Shown piece by piece: positions 14,716 through 29,534 of a stretch of 64,000 nucleotides of DNA. Both the position numbers and the translations under genes were made by a program. Every line of letters starts with the position of its first letter. The first letter of the stretch is position 1. The notes under the pieces were generated by a model. It saw only the letters and a program-made list of their open reading frames with translations, was not told the origin of the DNA and did no database searches. Source of the DNA: Eledone cirrhosa (taxonomy: Eukaryota); assembly GCA_964016885.1 (NCBI GenBank), contig OZ024742.1, positions 274,474,001-274,538,000 on the forward strand, written 5' to 3'.

Positions 14716-15728
14716 CATCCCCCTTCTATAATAAAGCCCTCCAAAATAGCGGTTTTAGCGAACCGATTAAATACGTACCCAACTATACTAACTCTATTAA
14801 ACATAAAAACAGGAAAAGAAAAATGTTCTGGTTCACACCCCCCTACTCTCTAGCAGTTAAAACTAATGTAGGCAAAAAATTCCTAGAGCTCCTAGATAAA
14901 CATTTCCCTAGAACACATAGATACTATAAGATCTTTAATAGAAACTGTGTCAAAATTAGCTATTCCTGCGATCCCCCTATTAAGTCCTATATCATCAACA
15001 AAAAATCACCTATAGAACATCAAAATTGCTCATGTAGAATCAAAAGTGAATCCCCATTACAAGGTAAATGCAACACCAAAGCTATTGTATATGCGGCTAA
15101 AGTGACAACCATCAGCAACAACCATCCAGCCACCAGTGAACGATATGTGGGTATGACGCAAGACAAATTCAAAACGCGTTATTACTCACATGTCGCATCC
15201 TTTCGACATCCAGAAAAAAGATTTACAACAGCTCTGGCTAGCAGAATATGGAATTTGAAAGACCAAGGTATCCAATATAAATTGGATTGGTCAATTTTGA
15301 ACCAATCTAAAGAATATGCAAGAGGAACAAGAAAATGCACGCTCTGCATAAATGAAAAATATTGGATCTTGCAAAATCTTAAATCACCAAAGACCTGCCT
15401 GAACACAAAGACGGACATTTTCACCAGTTGCCCACACGTGAAATCACACCTGCTTTCCAGCTCATAAACTTAACACACTTTCAGATACTTATTCTCCATA
15501 AACTCTTATTATTCTCTTTATAACTACCCTTTCTGATTTACTTTCATTTTTATCCTTATTATTAAATTCATTTTTATTTTTATTTTTATATTTTTTTATT
15601 TTTACCTCACATCCACCAATAAGCCCCCCCCCCCCTTTAATCTCCGTTTCACTTACCTAATATCTTCAGTTTCTACTTTTTCCCTATTTTCTTCACTAAC
15701 TGATTAAACAATTTCACTTGCGTTTTCC

Positions 15729-15760
<32 letters not shown>

Positions 15761-16953
15761 CTATTTTTTTTTCTATTTTTTTTTTCTATTTTTTTTTATC
15801 ATTTTTTTTTTTTCTATCTTTTTTTTTTTTTTTTTTTAATCTTTTCGCAGCCAATCTTATAATTATATATTTGTACTAACTTATCCACAAGTTTTTTACA
15901 CCCTGTATCTATGTGTCTGAACGCCTTAATGTGTGTATACTTTCTATATATGTACACGAGTGCCTCCGCATGTGCGCGCGCGTGCGTGTATATATATATA
16001 TATATATGTGTATGTATATGTGTCTTTATATCCGTGTTTTTACATCTATGTTTTTTGTTTTGTTTTTTTCTTCTTCCTTTTTTTACATCCTCATTTTTAT
16101 GCGTGTGCATGCAAGCAGGTCAATATGCGTGAGTGTATGTATGTGTGTGTGTGTGTGTGTGTACGTACCGAATGTATGGATGTGTAAGTGTGCGTGTGTA
16201 TATAAGCATGTATATTTTTGTGTGTGTGTGTGTGTGTGCCAGTGTGTATACAGTCGCGTGCGTGCGCGTGATTAGATATACATGGGGCGAGGCGTATATG
16301 CGTATATATGTGCATCCTGTGTGTGTAGATGTGCTTGCATACGCTTTTGTCTGCACGTTTTTTGCGTGTATATATATATATTTCTTATAGTTATACGTTT
16401 CTTGTAGATATACGTGTGTATGTACGCGTGTACCTTGTTTGTCTTCTTTTCTTTAATTTTTTCTTTCTAAATTATTGTTCCATTTTTATAAATATATCGA
16501 GAATGATACTTTCTTTTAATTATTACACTCCCTTACCTCTTTTACTTCCGCATATAAGTGTACGTGCGTGTGGGTGTGTTTATACGCGTGCCTTCATATT
16601 CTTATAATGTATCTGTTACCCTATTTTTTTCTGTGTACCTGCCAAACAGAAAACCACATCATGTCTGTCTGTAGTTTACAGATACAGATATACTTGCCCT
16701 AACATATATATTTGCGCACACTTTTTCACTATACGTGTACATCTGTATATACACATATATGTACATCTGTGAGCGTATATACATACATATACAAACACCT
16801 AACTATATTTCTTGAAAGATTTTTATATATTTCATATGGCTATTGTAATTCATTTGTCTATATTTATATATATTTTTTTTTTTGCTTTTCTTGATGAGAC
16901 TTTCCAAGTATTTAGCCATGTTTTATATTGCCTCGTCTGACGAACGAATGAAG
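14711..16953 (+). mobile_element. Penelope-like element 2, 5'-truncated; same family as PLE5
   Basis: ORF to 15467 has WFTPPY, HFPRTHRYYKIFNR, YVGMT..FKTRY and CTLCINE; 3' UTR aligns with 32340-33580; stops inside its HHR. Confidence 0.9.
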
Positions 16954-18355
<1,402 letters not shown>

Positions 18356-18361
18356 TTTTAA

Positions 18362-18397
<36 letters not shown>

Positions 18398-18401
<4 letters not shown>

Positions 18402-18734
18402 AAGGAAAAGCGAAGTAGTTTCAGATGTTCAAGTCCTTTAATAATAATGCTGTGATATATATTTCAGTGACGACACTGGCCACACTTCTGTGTGCGAGTG
18501 TCGTGTCATCATCAGACAGCTTGTTACATAATAAGGTTATGTTTCCGAGGCAATCTAAATTGGATCGACATGGGAACGGATGAATTGCGTGTTTTGGGGT
18601 TTTTCATACGCTCCCTTGTGATGACACGACACTCGCACACAGAACAGTGTGGCCAGTGTCGTCACTGAAATATATATCACAGCATTATTATTAAAGGACT
18701 TGAACATCTGAAACTACTTCGCTTTTCCTTATTC
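18398..18734. repeat. Inverted repeat (~115-bp arms) of an HHR-bearing terminus
   Basis: 18398-18511 is the reverse complement of 18619-18734. Confidence 0.92.
18449..18520 (-). ncRNA. Type I hammerhead with long stem II
   Basis: GCTGT-CTGATGA-TGACACGACACT..AGTGTCGTCACT-GAAA-TATATA-TC-ACAGC. Confidence 0.85.
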
Positions 18735-19638
18735 GATATTTACTCCGTCACTCCTATGTGGAAAAAGTACGTTGAGTGCTTGAATTGAATTGCATCAATG
18801 TTTACCCTAATAATTTAGCTCCAATTAGTTGAGCGCTTTACGATGTAACTGATATGGTGGAGAAGAGAGGAACCAACCATAGGCTGCCCCGGAAATTCCC
18901 TCTACCATGGGGATGGAAACCCCTTACACTGGACGGACATAATAGTAACTTTCGGCAGGATAAATACGCGGAAACAAATAATAGGATAAACCCCTATTTT
19001 CCTGCACCAAATCGCATTTGAACAGAAGCCCCCTCAATTCAATCTATACATGGACAGATGGACAATCATATGGATTATTTTGCATATATGTACTCTGTTT
19101 TTTTTGCATTTATTCACTATTGGTTCTGTTCTTTTCTTTTGTGTAATTTATGTCTGTTTTTCTTTCGTTTTGTTCCATGTGATGGAAATTATGGCTGTGT
19201 ACCAGATTGACTAATGCCTAGAGCCCTGTAGTTTGCCCTCAGTTATAATGTACGGCACTGTCGTTCAATATGTGGATAGAGTAACTGTGACACTAGAATC
19301 CTTCTCATAATATATTACTTAAACATCTCTCTCCATATTATTTACTCACTTCAGTCTATATTTTTACTCACTTCAATCCGAATTATCACCTGAAAAGAAT
19401 TTGTTTAATTCTTTAATTTCTAATTGTTAATTTCTTAATTGTTTAATTTATAATTTCTGATATTTGATTTAGGATTTTAATTTTTATTTCCAACTCTCAC
19501 TCTTAACTTGTACGCTGAGTGCTTGAATTGAATTGCATCAATGTTTACCCTAATATATATATATATACATATATATATCTATATATATATATATATATAT
19601 ATATAAATATATATTAAAAAAAAATACATATATATATG

Positions 19639-19735
<97 letters not shown>

Positions 19736-19743
19736 GTATATAT

Positions 19744-21411
19744 ATGCAAATTGGGCTACTCACCCGTTAATATGCATAAGGAAAGTATATACTTTCAGAC
19801 GTTCAATCATCTGGCAGGAAGGTATACGTTGCTGACGATAGCTAATAAGCTTGAAACTAGTACAGCGTTCCTTTGTCAGAATTGAACAAACGAGCAACGG
19901 TGGTTGCTAGACACTTAGGCTTGATACGGGATATTGTTTACAAACACACCAAGCATTATAATAAATGTTCGGTGAATACATACGTATATGTATATATTGG
20001 TGCATGTGTGTTTATATATATACATAGTACTGTACGTCTGTATACATATATGTATGTACGTATACATACTTATATTTAAGTAACAGCCGTACTAAGAGTG
20101 AGAAATGAAATTTCGTTTCATTTTTTCCGTTTATCGTTTACGGTGCACCTGGCCGATTAACCCACACGATATGCAAATTGGGCTACTCAGCCGTTAATAT
20201 GCATAAGGAAAGTATATACTTTCAGACGTTCAATCATCTGGCAGGAAGATATACGTTGCTGACGATAGCTAATAAGCTTGAACCTAGTACAGCGTTCCTT
20301 TGTCAGTATTGAACAAATGAGCAACGATGGTTGCTAGACACTACCGCTTGATACGGGATGTTTGTTTACAAACACACCGAGCATTATAATAAATGTTCGG
20401 TGAATCCATACGTATATGTATATATGTGTGCATGTGTGTATATATATATACATACTACTGTACGTCTGTATACATATATGTATGTACGTATACATACTTA
20501 TATTTAAGTAACAGCCGTACTAATAGTGGGAAATGAAATTCCGTTTCATTTTTTCCGTTTATCGTTGTCAGTGCACCCGGCCGATTAACCCACTCGATAT
20601 GCAAATTGGGCTACTCAGCCGTTAATATGCATAAGGAAATTATATACTTTCAGACGTTCAATCATCTGGCAGCAAGGTATACGTTGCTGACGATAGCTAA
20701 TAAGCTTGAAACTAGTACAGCGTTCCTTTGTCAGAATTGAACAAACGAGCAACTATGGTTGCTAGACACATCGGCTTGATACGGGATTTTTGTTTACAAA
20801 CACAACAAGCATTATAATAAATGTTCGGTGAATCCATACGTACATGTATATATTGGTGCATGTGTGTTTATATATATACATACTACTGTACGTCTGTATA
20901 CATATATGTACGTATACATACTTATATTTAAATAACAGCCGTACTAAGAGTGGGAAATGAAATTTCGTTTCATTTTTTCCGTTTATCATTTACGGTGCAC
21001 CCGGCCGATTAACCCACTCGATATGCAAATTGGGCTACGCAGCCGTTAATATGCATAAGGAAAGTATATACATTCAGACGTTCAATCATCTGGCAGGAGG
21101 GTATACGTTGCTGACGATAGCTAATAAGCTTGAAACTAGTACAGCGTTCCTTTGTCAGAATTGAACAAACGAGCAACGATGGTTGCTAGACACTACGGCT
21201 TGATACGGGATGTTTGTTTACAAACACACCTAGCATTATAATAAATGTTCGGTGAATCCATACGTACATATATATATGTGTGCATGTGTGTGTCTATATA
21301 TACATACTACTGTACGTCTGTATACATATATGTATGTACGTATACATACTTATATTTAAGTAACAGCCGTACTAAGAGTGGGAAATGAAATTTCGTTTCA
21401 TTTTCTCCGTT

Positions 21412-21412
<1 letters not shown>
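19744..21412 (+). repeat. Tandem array of ~3.9 x 424-428-bp units with one HHR per unit (retrozyme-like)
   Basis: CTGACGA cores at 19832, 20259, 20687 and 21111; flanked by (TA)n. Confidence 0.95.
19826..19868 (+). ncRNA. Minimal type I hammerhead (also 20253-20295 mutated, 20681-20723, 21105-21147)
   Basis: ACGTTG-CTGACGA-tAGCT aata AGCTt-GAAAC-TA-GTA-CAGCGT; palindromic ACTAGT in stem III. Confidence 0.9.
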
Positions 21413-21443
<31 letters not shown>

Positions 21444-21448
21444 TAAAT

Positions 21449-21743
21449 TAAATTAATATTTGATGAACATTTACATGTTATAGTTGCAATTGACTAATAA
21501 GATCGCTAGAGTGAAAAATCTTAATTCAACAACATAAGGTCTGCCTGTACGATCTAGAGAATAATAAATCAATACTCACAGACTCATATGGGCAAAAAGC
21601 CCATATGAGTCTGTGAGTATTGATTTATTATTCTCTAGATCGTACAGGCAGACCTTATGTTGTTGAATTAAGATTTTTCACTCTAGCGATCTTATTAGTC
21701 AATTGCAACTATAACATGTAAATGTTCATCAAATATTAATTTA
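21449..21743. repeat. Perfect palindrome with 145-bp arms and a 5-nt loop
   Basis: 21449-21593 vs 21599-21743, loop AAAAA. Confidence 0.95.
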
Positions 21744-21814
21744 TATTGCTCAGAAGCGATTCCTAGAGCTGAAATGATTGTAAATGACCTTGAGTCTAAA
21801 CTCTAAGCTATTTA

Positions 21815-21880
<66 letters not shown>

Positions 21881-21888
<8 letters not shown>

Positions 21889-23722
21889 GTGTAAGGAATT
21901 CTTTTACAATGGAATTAGCTCGAAAGGAAATATTCCTGAGCCGTGTATAAAAGTAATATATATGAGTAATATATATGATGAAACAGATACCAACATATCT
22001 GTATTTATATTGCAAAAGAAAGTTAGCCAGACTGAAGAATATTAATTATTTTACCACAGTTCGTCCACATCGATTTAAAATAATAATAATAATAAATCGA
22101 CAAAAACTAGCTGTGCCGCCAAATGGCTATGATGTTTATACATATTTAAATTTCAAAGTTAAACCTGTTCAGTAGATAAGTTTAAACCTCAAAATCCAAA
22201 CATGTTTCGAGATGGATACGTGTATAAGTGTAGGAATATCTTGCCACTGCTCTCCTCAGTAAACATCCAGAGACAATTGATAAGCTTCACTTCTAAATAA
22301 TTTAAAAGACTGTGTGACGCACATGGGTTCACAGATTCAGGCTAGTCTCATAACCGTACTGCTAGAAATAACAGTCGTATATATGAGGCGAATTTTAGCT
22401 CGACGAAGAGCCGTTATATTAAGTGTAAGGAATTCTTTTACAATGGAATTAGCTCGAAAGGAAATATTCCTGAGCCGTGTATAAAAGTAATATATATGAG
22501 TAATATATATGATGAAACAGATACCAACATATCTGTATTTATATTGCAAAAGAAAGTTAGCCAGACTGAAGAATATTAATTATTTTACCACAGTTCGTCC
22601 ACATCGATTTAAAATAATAATAATAATAAATCGACAAAAACTAGCTGTGCCGCCAAATGGCTATGATGTTTATACATATTTAAATTTCAAAGTCAAACCT
22701 GTTCAGTAGTTAAGTTTAAACCTCAAAATCCAAACATGTTTCGAGATGGATACGTGTATAAGTGTAGGAATATCTTGCCACTGCTCTCCTCAGTAAACAT
22801 CCAGAGACAATTGATAAGCTTCACTTCTAAATAATTTAAAAGACTGTGTGACGCACATGGGTTCACAGATTCAGGCTAGTCTCATAACCGTACTGCTAGA
22901 AATAACAGTCGTATATATGAGGCGAATTTTAGCTCGACGAAGAGCCGTTATATTAAGTTTAAGGAATTCTTTTACAATGGAATTAGCTCGAAAGGAAATA
23001 TTCCTGAGCCGTGTATAAAAGTAATATATATGAGTAATATATATGATGAAACAGATACCAACATATCTGTATTTATATTGCAAAAGAAAGTTAGCCAGAC
23101 TGAAGAATATTAATTATTTTACCACAGTTCGTCCACATCGATTTAAAATAATAATAATAATAAATCGACAAAAACTAGCTGTGCCGCCAAATGGCTATGA
23201 TGTTTATACATATTTAAATTTCAAAGTCAAACCTGTTCAGTAGTTAAGTTTAAACCTCAAAATCCAAACATGTTTCGAGATGGATACGTGTATAAGTGTA
23301 GGAATATCTTGCCACTGCTCTCCTCAGTAAACATCCAGAGACAATTGATAAGCTTCACTTCTAAATAATTTAAAAGACTGTGTGACGCACATGGGTTCAC
23401 AGATTCAGGCTAGTCTCATAACCGTACTGCTAGAAATAACAGTCGTATATATGAGGCGAATTTTAGCTAGACGAAGAGCCGTTATATTAAGTGTAAGGAA
23501 TTCTTTTACAATGGAATTAGCTCGAAAGGAAATATTCCTGAGCCGTGTATAAAAGTAATATATATGAGTAATATATATGATGAAACAGATACCAACATAT
23601 CTGTATTTATATTGCAAAAGAAAGTTAGCCAGACTGAAGAATATTAATTATTTTACCACAGTTCGTCCACATCGATTTATAATAATAATAATAATAAATC
23701 GACAAAAACTAGCTGTGCCGCC
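21881..23722 (-). repeat. Tandem array of ~3.45 x 534-bp near-identical units with one HHR per unit
   Basis: Short ORFs recur every 534 bp; HHR cores at 22253, 22787 and 23321 (minus). Confidence 0.95.
22194..22264 (-). ncRNA. Type I hammerhead with extended stem II (also 22728-22798 and 23262-23332)
   Basis: GTTTA-CTGAGGA-GAG..TGG..GATA...TATC-CA-TCTC-GAAAC-AT-GTT-TGGAT; palindromic AAACATGTTT. Confidence 0.72.
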
Positions 23723-23732
23723 ATATTACTTT

Positions 23733-23763
<31 letters not shown>

Positions 23764-23873
23764 TATTTATATTTATTGAAATAACAGATGCTCTACGGCT
23801 CTTATATATTTGATATATATTCATCCTTATCGAGCCCTCTTTGGATTTTAGTCTTTAAATTTATTATTATTAC

Positions 23874-23905
<32 letters not shown>

Positions 23906-23920
23906 TATACATGTATATAC

Positions 23921-24043
<123 letters not shown>

Positions 24044-24057
24044 TATATATACATGTA

Positions 24058-24899
24058 TTAATAGGATATACGTTCCTTCACGCACAAGGCGCCAAGGTAC
24101 GCATGTATTGTCCAACCAAATGCCAGTGTGGTTCAATGGCGGGTTAATAAATTAACGAGCCAGAACAAATATAAACAAGGTTTAGCAAATAATGAAAAAG
24201 TTTCAAAATAAATTTTAAAAAATTGACTTTACCTACTATAGTTACCTTTACCGATCGGTTTCGAATCCCAAAAATAAAACGGAGACCATACGGCCCTCGT
24301 TGCAAAGAAAGATTCTCGTCAGAAGGTTCTTTTCGTTCAAAGAATATAAAATTCCTGAATTTAAATCACAAACTAGCGCTATCAAAACTGTTCCTGGGAT
24401 GAGAGTGGATGATGTAGAAACAGGTTTATCAAAGGCCGAAGCAAAGATAGAGGCAAAAGGAGGTAGGTCAAACTAGCCACAGCTATTGCTAGCAGCAGTC
24501 AGAACGACCAAATTTGTTCTCAACATTAGTGGAGGTAGTAGTAATAGGATATACGTTCCTTCACGCACAAGGCGCCAAGGTACGCATGTATTGTCCAACC
24601 AAATGCCAGTGTGGTTCAATGGCGGGTTAATAAATTAACGAGCCAGAACAAATATAAACAAGGTTTAGCAAATAATGAAAAAGTTTCAAAATAAATTTTA
24701 AAAAATTGACTTTACCTACTATAGTTACCTTTACCGATCGGTTTCGAATCCCCAAAATAAAACGGAGACCATACGGCCCTCGTTGCAAAGAAAGATTCTC
24801 GTCAGAAGGTTCTTTTCATTCAAAGAATATAAAATTCCTGAATTTAAATCACAAACTAACGCTATCAAAACTGTTCCTGGGATGAGAGTGGATGATGTA
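24058..24899 (-). repeat. Tandem 483-bp HHR repeat, ~1.75 units
   Basis: The sequence at 24060 recurs at 24543; one HHR per unit. Confidence 0.93.
24244..24327 (-). ncRNA. Type I hammerhead with a 53-nt stem II domain (also 24727-24810)
   Basis: ACCTT-CTGACGA-GAATC...GATTC-GAAAC-CGATCG-GTA-AAGGT; palindromic stem III. Confidence 0.88.
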
Positions 24900-25087
24900 A
24901 CATGTATATATACATACGGCTCTGTTTAATTACATTGAGCTATACCTTTTACTGTCATTTCTATAATACGAAGAGGGTGTTTTACTCCAACACGCTCCAG
25001 TATTTTAACCCTTGTCACTGCTCCCGATTGGTTGAGCTTCCTCATATATACTGGTATTTTGGCCTTTATATATATATATCTGACAGT

Positions 25088-27772
25088 ATGCTAACAAAGA
25101 GTTACCTGCCTTTATCTCTGAAGAATATTCCCACCCCCTCTAGGAATATTTACGAAAAACTACTGATAGCTAGTGTTAAATCCTTTGTAAAAAGGATTAG
25201 ATGGCGTGCTTTCCACTATGATAATAATAAGCATAGGAATGACCCCAGGAATAGAACAAATTTTAATAACTATGGCTTCAAAACTTATAAGAGCCCACCA
25301 CATAATATTTTATTAGACAGTTTTGAAAGTGACTTACTCTCTCTTGTCAAAAATATTAAGTATAAGCCAAATAATAGACATAGAAGTTATAATAAATTTG
25401 ATAAGTTCCAGTCTAGACTTAAAATATTGTTAAGGGTTTTGGTGAGAATAAGTCCATTCTTGTCCCGGCGGATAAGACTAAGAATCTATACTCCATGGAT
25501 TATAGTGCTTACCGTGACTTTATTTATAAGGAGCTATATAGAAATTATAAAAAAACTACGCTTGATAATTTAACCACATCAATAGTGAGGGTTTTAAAAT
25601 TGTCTCTGACCTCGGCCTCGATAAGTATACCCAGCCATATTACCCTCGAGAACTGAGATTCACTCTTAAGGATCATAAGGTTGATTTTATTAGTAACCCC
25701 TCTGTTAGACTCATCTGTCCTTCTAAGTCCGATATAGCCATTATCAGTAAAAAAATCCTTGACCTTATTATACCAGATGTTAGGGATAAAGTTAATTTTA
25801 ACCTATGTGGGAACACTAAGGAAGTTATAGATTGGTTCTCTGGGATTAATAGACTTGAATCTAATAAGTTTATCCAATTCGATATTGATGCCTACTACAC
25901 ATCAATTTCACCCATCCTCCTCAATAAAGCTTTAATGTTGGCCATGAGAGTGTCCAGCCTTACACGATCACAGGTAGATATTATACTAGCAGCCCGTAGA
26001 ACTATTATTAAATTTGAGGACACATTTTGGACCCGTAAAAACACGCCCAATAATTTCGACGTTACAATGGGCTCGAGTGATTCGGCCCAGGTAACTGATA
26101 TTGTTGGGTTGTTCCTCCTAAATGAACTATATGTTACCTTCCCGCACCTTGTAGGCGGACTATACCGTGATGATGCATTGTTTGTAATTAACTCTAGCAC
26201 CAACAATGTCGAGCATAATAAGAAGAAGCTTTATAAGTTTTTTAAAAGCTATAACCTTTCGATCACGATAGATAGAAATGATGGAGCGGTTAACTTTTTA
26301 GATGTGACTTTGGACTTGGTCACTAATAGTTTCAAACCCTTCCATGAGCCTAATGAAATACTTTCTTATGTTAGTCCCAATTCTAACCACCCCAAATCTA
26401 TGATAAACTCTATAATTAAGGGTGTATCTAATAGGATTTCCACACTCTCTAAGGACGTAGGAACATTTAATGAACATGCGGAGTACTATAATAATGCCCT
26501 AGCAAATTCCGGTTACTCTAGTAAAATACATTATAATAATAGTAACTTTAGAAAGTGTCCGCTTACATTTAATAATAATAACATAATATCACATAACATG
26601 GCCATGAATGGGAGTAGGAAGCATAATAACCGTAAAAATTGCATAGGTGTATCTGAACCCATCCATAAGCTAACCCACGGGACTCGTAATAGTGAATATA
26701 ATACCTCTAGGAAACAAGTCGAACCCTCTGAGCGCTCACTCATCGGTGATAATTTTGCTAGATCTTATTCAAATAATGTTGCTTCTACTGATACTATTAT
26801 TGGCCCTAATCCTTTTAGTGGGATTCCAGACAGCAGCAGATCTACTGGAGGTAGAAACAGTAATAGACTTAATGGAGTTTTGGCCGATTCTAATAATGCG
26901 GTTTTAACTAATCCTTGTAGTAACCCTAGTCTTGATGGTGGGATATTAGATAATGGTAGAGTCGGTAAGAATAAAAGTAGAAGGAGACTAAATACTTATT
27001 TTAACCCGCCATATAATCAGGAAGTATTAACTAATATCCCTAGGTCTTTCTTTTCTATCTTAGAGAAAAATTTCCCCCCTTCTCATAAATACCATAGTAT
27101 TTTTAATAAAAACGTTATTAAACTTTCATTCTCTACCACCCCTAATATTAGTTCTCATTTAGCTAGCACTAACAATAAGAAAATTAGGGATGGATTCTCC
27201 TCTCTACATACTACTAGTCTGAACAGATCTGGAAATGCCTTACCACCAGAACAGACCTTATCTAATAGCAATCCTACGGGTAATGCATCACCACTTGAGC
27301 CAACCAATAGCACCCGGAAGTGTAACTGTAGAGTGAGTGCTAACTGCCCTTTAAACTGTACTGCCTCTCTAAGAACATTGTCTATGCTTGCGTAGTTATA
27401 ACTAATTCCTCTAATAAAACTTATATAGGCTCTACATCTAACACTTTTAAGACTAGGTTTAATTCTCATATCTCTAATTTCAAACATTTTAAGTTTAAGA
27501 ATTCTACTTCTTTAGCACATTATATCTGGGATCTTAAGGGGGCTAATATATCATATAGCCTTAACTGGCGTTTAGTAGCATGCTCTAATAACCTTTCTAC
27601 AAATACTAAATTTTGTAATCTCTGTATCCTCGGGACACACTCTATAATTTTCTCTAGCGAATCCTTACTTAATAGAAAGTCTGAGATATTCTCTTCTTGT
27701 CCCCACGCTATTTCTAATTCTTACTTTTATTATAAACCTAAAGGTTCTAGTAGTATAAATTGTATCCATTAG
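25088..27772 (+). pseudogene. PLE4 RT-GIY-YIG ORF with ~3 frameshifts (near 25430, 25575 and 27355)
   Basis: Joined from ORFs 24902-25573 and 25935-27395 plus adjoining frames, by homology to the PLE1 protein. Confidence 0.85.
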
Positions 27773-29534
27773 CTGATATATTCCATTACTTATTTTTTAG
27801 TTTAGATTCTTTTTGTTTTTTGTTTACCACCATTATTATCATCATTATTATCATTGGTTTTTGACAACTCTTTATTCTAGCTCACATAATCTTTTGGCTA
27901 CTATACCATATCTATCTTCTTACGTATTAAATTTTCACTATTAACACCTTATGAGTATATATCTGATTATATATTTTACATTACTTTATTTTATTTCATT
28001 TTATTTTATTTTATTTTATTTTTATTTGGATTCTTCTTTGGGTACCCCCCCCTCCCACACACACACACACACCCTCCCCATGCGCATATAAACTTATTGT
28101 CAACCCCTCCAAATTGATTATGATTATATTTAATCCCCCCCCCCCTCTTTTACGCTCCTTTCTATTATTTAATATAGTATATGGACTATGATTTTATGCC
28201 CCCTTGTATCCTCCATATATTTCTTTATTTCTGTCCCTATTAGCCTACCATAATTCTGCTTAAGTCAGTTTTTTTAGATATCGTTATGTATTTGATAGTA
28301 AAAAATTTCATTCCTGTTTGTAAATATTTGTAATGAAATATTAACGTTTATAAACTTTGATTTCTTAAACCATAGCTAATATTGTATTGCCTTATTGGAT
28401 ATTTTAAGTATTTTTGAATATTAATTTATCAAATAGGGTTTTCGAGTCATTTACCGGGGTTATTTCCTAAGTTTTTACTTAACGGCATGTGAGACCTAAA
28501 TGTATACTTTTGTTTTTGTTTTTTAATTTACGGTTGATTCTATCTATTTATTTATTTTATTTTATTTTATTTGTAATACTACTGTGCTTTATATTTACTG
28601 TCTGGCCCTTACTCACTCATCCACATATATGTCTGTTTACCAACCTTGTAATTATAAGTAATTATATATTATATTATGTTAATTATTTTCTATTATATTG
28701 TATTTGCTATTGGACCATCGATCCTTATTACTTACCGTTGATTAAATGTAACAATGTGATATGTTAAACTTTATATACCATGTAAGATGTTTATATTTTT
28801 GTACCATCATAATTTTGGGTATTGTACAATTTATTTTCCTCACCTACTCTGTAACTCTATATGAATTGATTTGTTAACTTGAATGCCATTATATATTGTA
28901 TATTATATATGTTATTATATTATATTATTATTATAGTATTATTGTGACATCTATATTGTTTGTGTAAATTAACCGGAAACTATCTATTCTATTATATTAT
29001 ATTATATAGTATATAATTGTATAGCTTATTATATATTATATGTGCTACTTATAATAATATCATATTATTACCTCATGTATATTGGGTATATGTATTATTA
29101 TTATTATTATTATTATTATTTTTATTCCTATCATGCTTATTTATATTTAAACTCTTAATAAGGTTTAATTTGTGCTGTTGAAGATGGATATGTGTATTGA
29201 TGTATGTGTATATGTGCGTACGTGTGCGTACATATATACATATGTATATTGTACCTTTTGATTTTTATTGTAATTTTAATATTGGTAAAGGTATATTATA
29301 TTATATTATATTGTATATATAATACCTGCTCTATATAACCACCTTTGTTTAGCTCTAGGGTTTTTTTTGCTTTGGACTATATTTGTAATATGGTTCTAAA
29401 TGTTATACACCTTCTTAGTGATTTTTATTATATATTTTTACCCATAATCTTGCAATACTTTAGTGTATGTACACTCCATATTCTTCGGAGTTTCTGGCTT
29501 GTATTGGCCGATAATACTTCTTGTTGTTTTATTT

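Noticed and set aside
21975-23813. Repeated 66-78 aa ORFs in the 534-bp units as a gene family
   Set aside because: They recur only because the DNA is duplicated; no recognisable motif.
25060-25090. PLE intron acceptor (TGACAG) just before the PLE4 ATG
   Set aside because: No donor site or 5' pLTR could be identified to support it.
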